Shown here one piece after another: positions 58,567 to 64,000 of a DNA stretch of 64,000 bases (positions are counted from its first letter, which is position 1; each line of letters opens with the position of its first letter). Source of the stretch: Chloroflexota bacterium (GTDB taxonomy: Bacteria > Chloroflexota > Dehalococcoidia > Lucifugimonadales > UBA3495); contig JAQBVF010000003.1 in the NCBI GenBank assembly GCA_027623675.1, forward strand, positions 32,001-96,000, given 5' to 3'. Under the pieces are notes generated by a model. The model ran no database searches, was not told the origin of the DNA, and saw only the letters and a program-made list of their open reading frames with translations. The position numbers and the translations under genes are program-made.

Positions 58567-60246
58567 TCACTCCGTCACCAGGGCCTGCACCGTTCCGTCC
58601 ACGAATAGTATCTCGATGGTGCGGGAGACGGCTTCCTCCAGTTGGGCGTGCCCGGTCTGGTTCAGATGCTGGCCCAGGCTGTCTACGATGTCGGCAACGG
58701 ACCGCTGGCCGTCGACCTCGCCGATCACTGCGGCCACCAAGGGACTGCACGGCGTGCCCTCTGGCTGGGAGACGGTGTTTAGGACATGTCCCAGTACGAA
58801 CTCCCCTTCCGCCAGCACCGGTTTGCGCTGGACCGCGACGCCCTCCGCCAGGCGCGGGATGGCGTTCAACAGTTGGTTGCGCTGCGGGTCTCCGGCCAGG
58901 GCGGCCAGCCAACCGGTACGGGCTTGGCGCTCCGATTCCACCGTGCGCACGCTTCGGATGAACTCGTCGGGCGCGTGGCCCCGGTCCAGCACCGCCCTTT
59001 CGTAGCCCCTGGGCGGCTGCCCGGCCACCGCTTGGATGAAGCTATGGCGTGGGGAGTACTCACCCGTGTTGGTGATGCGCCGCGCTTCCCAGAAGTACGA
59101 CTCGGCGGTGAGATTGCTGGAGTAGAACAGGCGGGCCATCTCCCGAAACTGGTTGTACTCCTTCAGGTATAGCTCCTGGTAGACCAGCCCGGCTTCCTCG
59201 GCCATCGTTGGGTTGTTGAGGGCGGTGGTCACGTAGGCCGAGGCTAGCACCCCGGACATGAGGGCCAGATGGACCCCGGAAGAAAAGAGGGGGTCCACGA
59301 AACAGGCGGCGTCGCCGGCCAGGATGTAGCCCGGCCCGAACAGCTTTTCGGAGGTGTACGACCAGTCCAGCGCCACGGTGGCGCCAGGGTCCAAGTCCAT
59401 CTTGGCGTTGGCCAGCATCACGCTCAGGACGCGGCTCTGGGCTATCTGGGCCTCCAAGAACGCCTTGGCCCCATTCTTCTGGATGGCCTCTTGTCCGGTT
59501 TTGGAATCCACCACCGCGCCCACGCTGGTGCGGCCGGTGTGCAGCGGGATGCTCCACAGCCAGCCGTGGGCGTAGGACTCGATGAAGATGTTGTTCTGGT
59601 TGGGTTCGGGCAGTGGCAGCGCGCCGGTGAAATAGCCGTATACCGCCAGGTTCTGGAAGAAGGGGTCCCACCGTTTGGAATCCAGATGCCTGGCCAGCAG
59701 GGTCGATTGCCCGGTGGCGTCCACCACGAAGCGGCACTGGGCCTCGCCGGAAACACCGCCGGGGTTGGTGAACTCCACTCCCACCGCTTCGCCGCCGTCG
59801 AAGATGACCTCGGTGACGTGATGCCCCTCCAGCACGGTTACACCCTGGGACTTGGCATTTTCCAGCAGGATCTGGTCGAACTGGGGACGCCAGACCTGAT
59901 ACGAATGAGGGTAGCGCCGGCTGGTTTCTTTGAAGTACCAACTCCAGGGCGTGTCGCCGCTGCCCCAGACCATGGTCGCGCCGTACTTGGGCAGGAACCC
60001 GGCGCTCTCCACGGCCGGCAGCGCGCCCAGCTCCTCTAACACCGGTATCGAAGCTGGCAGCAGAGATTCGCCGACGTGGTTGCGGGGGAACCTCTCCCGT
60101 TCTAGGACAATCACCTGCCAGCCTTTGCGCGCCAGCATGATGGCTGCGGCGCTGCCCGCCGGGCCCCCGCCGATCACGATAACGTCGGCGCTCAGGTCTA
60201 GGCCGGAATCGTCTCGGGTTACGTCTGAGGGGTCATTGGTGCTCAT
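58567..60246 (-). CDS. Flavin-dependent halogenase (tryptophan-halogenase superfamily) with C-terminal winged-helix/PqqD-like extension
   Basis: GGGPAG, FPR.HVGESL, GF..K.G (catalytic Lys position), GWLWSIPL (WxWxIP) and GDAACFVDPLFSSG. Confidence 0.85.
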   Translation of the reverse strand: MSTNDPSDVTRDDSGLDLSADVIVIGGGPAGSAAAIMLARKGWQVIVLERERFPRNHVGESLLPASIPVLEELGALPAVESAGFLPKYGATMVWGSGDTPWSWYFKETSRRYPHSYQVWRPQFDQILLENAKSQGVTVLEGHHVTEVIFDGGEAVGVEFTNPGGVSGEAQCRFVVDATGQSTLLARHLDSKRWDPFFQNLAVYGYFTGALPLPEPNQNNIFIESYAHGWLWSIPLHTGRTSVGAVVDSKTGQEAIQKNGAKAFLEAQIAQSRVLSVMLANAKMDLDPGATVALDWSYTSEKLFGPGYILAGDAACFVDPLFSSGVHLALMSGVLASAYVTTALNNPTMAEEAGLVYQELYLKEYNQFREMARLFYSSNLTAESYFWEARRITNTGEYSPRHSFIQAVAGQPPRGYERAVLDRGHAPDEFIRSVRTVESERQARTGWLAALAGDPQRNQLLNAIPRLAEGVAVQRKPVLAEGEFVLGHVLNTVSQPEGTPCSPLVAAVIGEVDGQRSVADIVDSLGQHLNQTGHAQLEEAVSRTIEILFVDGTVQALVTE

Positions 60247-60380
60247 AGCGACATATTATGCGCGGGCGGCTCCCGCTTGGGAATCCCCGTTGGGTGGTGT
60301 CCGCTTGGCAGAAACAGATTCCCCCGGCCAAAAGACGATGGCCTGGGGAATCGTTACGCTTTGTCCGGTACGCCGGGCCG

Positions 60381-61640
60381 TTAATCCCCGGCTGGCGCGG
60401 GCGCTTCCTCGAAGGGCTTACCCGTGGCCGGGTTCACCTCGAAGGAGCTGGGCAGTTCCAGATCATTGGCGATCTCGCGGACCGCCGGTATGACCTCTTC
60501 GCCCATGAGCCTCAGGCTGCGCATGGCGTCGTCGTGGGTCATGGCGCCATCGCCGTCCCAGAAGAAGACGCTGCCGGGGCGCAGGTACTCAAGGACGTGA
60601 CGTATCTTGGGAATCACCGTTTTCGGCGTTCCCGTGATGATGGTGTAGTCCTTGATCTGCTGCTCGAAGGGCCGTCCCAACACGCCGCCGGCCCCGCCCC
60701 TGGCCGTGGTTGCCACCGCCTGGGTCGGCAGCACCTGGCTGCGGGACGTAAGACCGGGCAGGCTGGTCAGCGCCGGGTTGTTGGTGCCTTCGTTGCCGGC
60801 CAAGAAGGGGTTGCTCGGGCCCTGGATGTATTTGCGGGCGGTCTGCTCGGCCAACTCCTCGGTCTCGTCCACGTGGACCTTCCAGAGGTAGCCCAGGTTC
60901 TGGGGGCCGGACTCGTAGCCCTGTTCGGCGGCGGCCTCATGGTAAAGGTCGAAGGCCTGTTTGGTCGGATCCATCTCGGTGGAGAGCATGATGTAGGGGA
61001 TGCGCTGTTCCGCGGCCCACATCAGCGAATTTCGGCTGACCACGCCGGGCAGCCAGATCTGAGGGTGGGGCTGCTGGTAGGGACGCACCCAAGGGTTCAC
61101 GTGCCGGAATTGATAATGCTTGCCCTCCCAACGGAAGGGTCCGGGAGTGGTCCAAGCCTTCACGATGAACTCGTGGGCCTCTTTGAACCGTTCCCAGTTG
61201 TAGGCGGGGGGCGCGTTGTGGGCCACGCTTTCGCGGCCGGTGCCACGGACCCATCCCGAGACCAGGCGTCCTTTGGATATGAGGTCAATCATGGAAAGCT
61301 GTTCGACCAGCCAAAGGGGGTCGTCCCAGATGGGCAGGATGTTGCCCAAAAGAACGATCTTGGCCCGGTTGGTGATGCGGGCCAAGATGGACGCCTCAAC
61401 ATTCATCGCGCCGCCCATGCAGAACGGCGTGCTGTGGTGCTCGTTCAGCATCAGGCCGTCGAAGCCCATCTCCTCGGCGTAGACCTTCTCATCGAGGTAG
61501 CGGTTGTACAGGCTGGCGCCCAGCTCGGGGTCGTAGGCGGAGTTGCTAACGCCCAGGTCCTTTATGGGCGTGCCGGTGGCTCCGAAGAACCCCGACTTCT
61601 GGTCCTGGTACGGCCTCTCGGTGAAGTATCCGATGAACAT
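60381..61640 (-). CDS. LLM-class flavin-dependent oxidoreductase
   Basis: AEEMGFDG..LNEHH, MIDLISKGR and PYQQPHP motifs. Confidence 0.9.
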   Translation of the reverse strand: MFIGYFTERPYQDQKSGFFGATGTPIKDLGVSNSAYDPELGASLYNRYLDEKVYAEEMGFDGLMLNEHHSTPFCMGGAMNVEASILARITNRAKIVLLGNILPIWDDPLWLVEQLSMIDLISKGRLVSGWVRGTGRESVAHNAPPAYNWERFKEAHEFIVKAWTTPGPFRWEGKHYQFRHVNPWVRPYQQPHPQIWLPGVVSRNSLMWAAEQRIPYIMLSTEMDPTKQAFDLYHEAAAEQGYESGPQNLGYLWKVHVDETEELAEQTARKYIQGPSNPFLAGNEGTNNPALTSLPGLTSRSQVLPTQAVATTARGGAGGVLGRPFEQQIKDYTIITGTPKTVIPKIRHVLEYLRPGSVFFWDGDGAMTHDDAMRSLRLMGEEVIPAVREIANDLELPSSFEVNPATGKPFEEAPAPAGD

Positions 61641-61962
61641 GGCTCAATTCCTTCCGGTCCGGATGCCAAGATTGGGTCAGGCTGGCTAAAACCATCACGC
61701 TCGTGCTGACGTGTGCCGCATTATAGCATCGGTCTCGGCCCGTTGTGCCGAGTTAGCCGCGGTTCTGGCAGTGGCGTTTGCCTGCGGTGGGGTCGGCTAT
61801 ACCTAAAACCCAAAGCGCGGCGGGCAGCGCCAAGCCGACGGGGTCGGTTCGAGATCTTCACCCCTTAGATCTGGCGGGCCAACTAGGCATCACCCCCCTG
61901 GGTCCACCATGGCCGCGTGGCGAGACCCGTGCAAAACAAGGGTAGCCTACGTCGAAATCCGC

Positions 61963-61991
61963 TTGAAACGCCCAGACCTATATGATAAGCT
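61963..61991 (+). promoter_or_regulatory. Sigma70-like promoter for hppA
   Basis: TTGAAA-N17-TAAGCT with a TG extended -10. Confidence 0.45.
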
Positions 61992-62078
61992 TCGCACGCC
62001 TAAAATCAGGCCGTTCGCACTCGTGTAGTAATGCTAACCGGTACCCTTCGAGCCTGTAACTTTTAAGAGAGACTCTTC

Positions 62079-64000
<1,922 letters not shown>

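Overview
GC-rich bacterial chromosomal segment. Gene content points by inference to Chloroflexota, Dehalococcoidia/SAR202-like: four luciferase-like monooxygenase paralogues, three GMC oxidoreductases, an F420-dependent PPOX-class protein, type-2 IleRS and a membrane pyrophosphatase. It holds about 55 CDSs. These include housekeeping genes (ffh, ileS, mutM, sbcC, rbsK, comF, hppA), a coupled amidohydrolase-mug-thpR-alkA repair operon, a TPP-riboswitch-controlled thiamine-precursor ABC transporter followed by tenA/thiD, a hicBA pair and a flavin-dependent halogenase. The main result hidden from the ORF track is three genes read through in-frame TGA codons at redox-motif positions, i.e. probable selenoproteins: a GrdB/PrdB-like protein (U-P-A-C), a SelL-like thioredoxin-fold protein with two Sec (U-V-P-U), and a glutaredoxin-DinB fusion (U-F-S-C). 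Other notable items are an orphan promoter-terminator small-RNA candidate with anti-SD motifs, a halogenase with a PqqD/RRE-like tail, a pilin frameshifted by a 10-bp tandem duplication, a chimeric junction between a histidine kinase and a repeat surface protein, several structured intergenic RNA candidates, REP/MITE-like repeats and an unannotated small Cys-rich protein. No rRNA, tRNA, CRISPR array or transposase was seen. All calls come from motif recognition by eye; no database searches were run.
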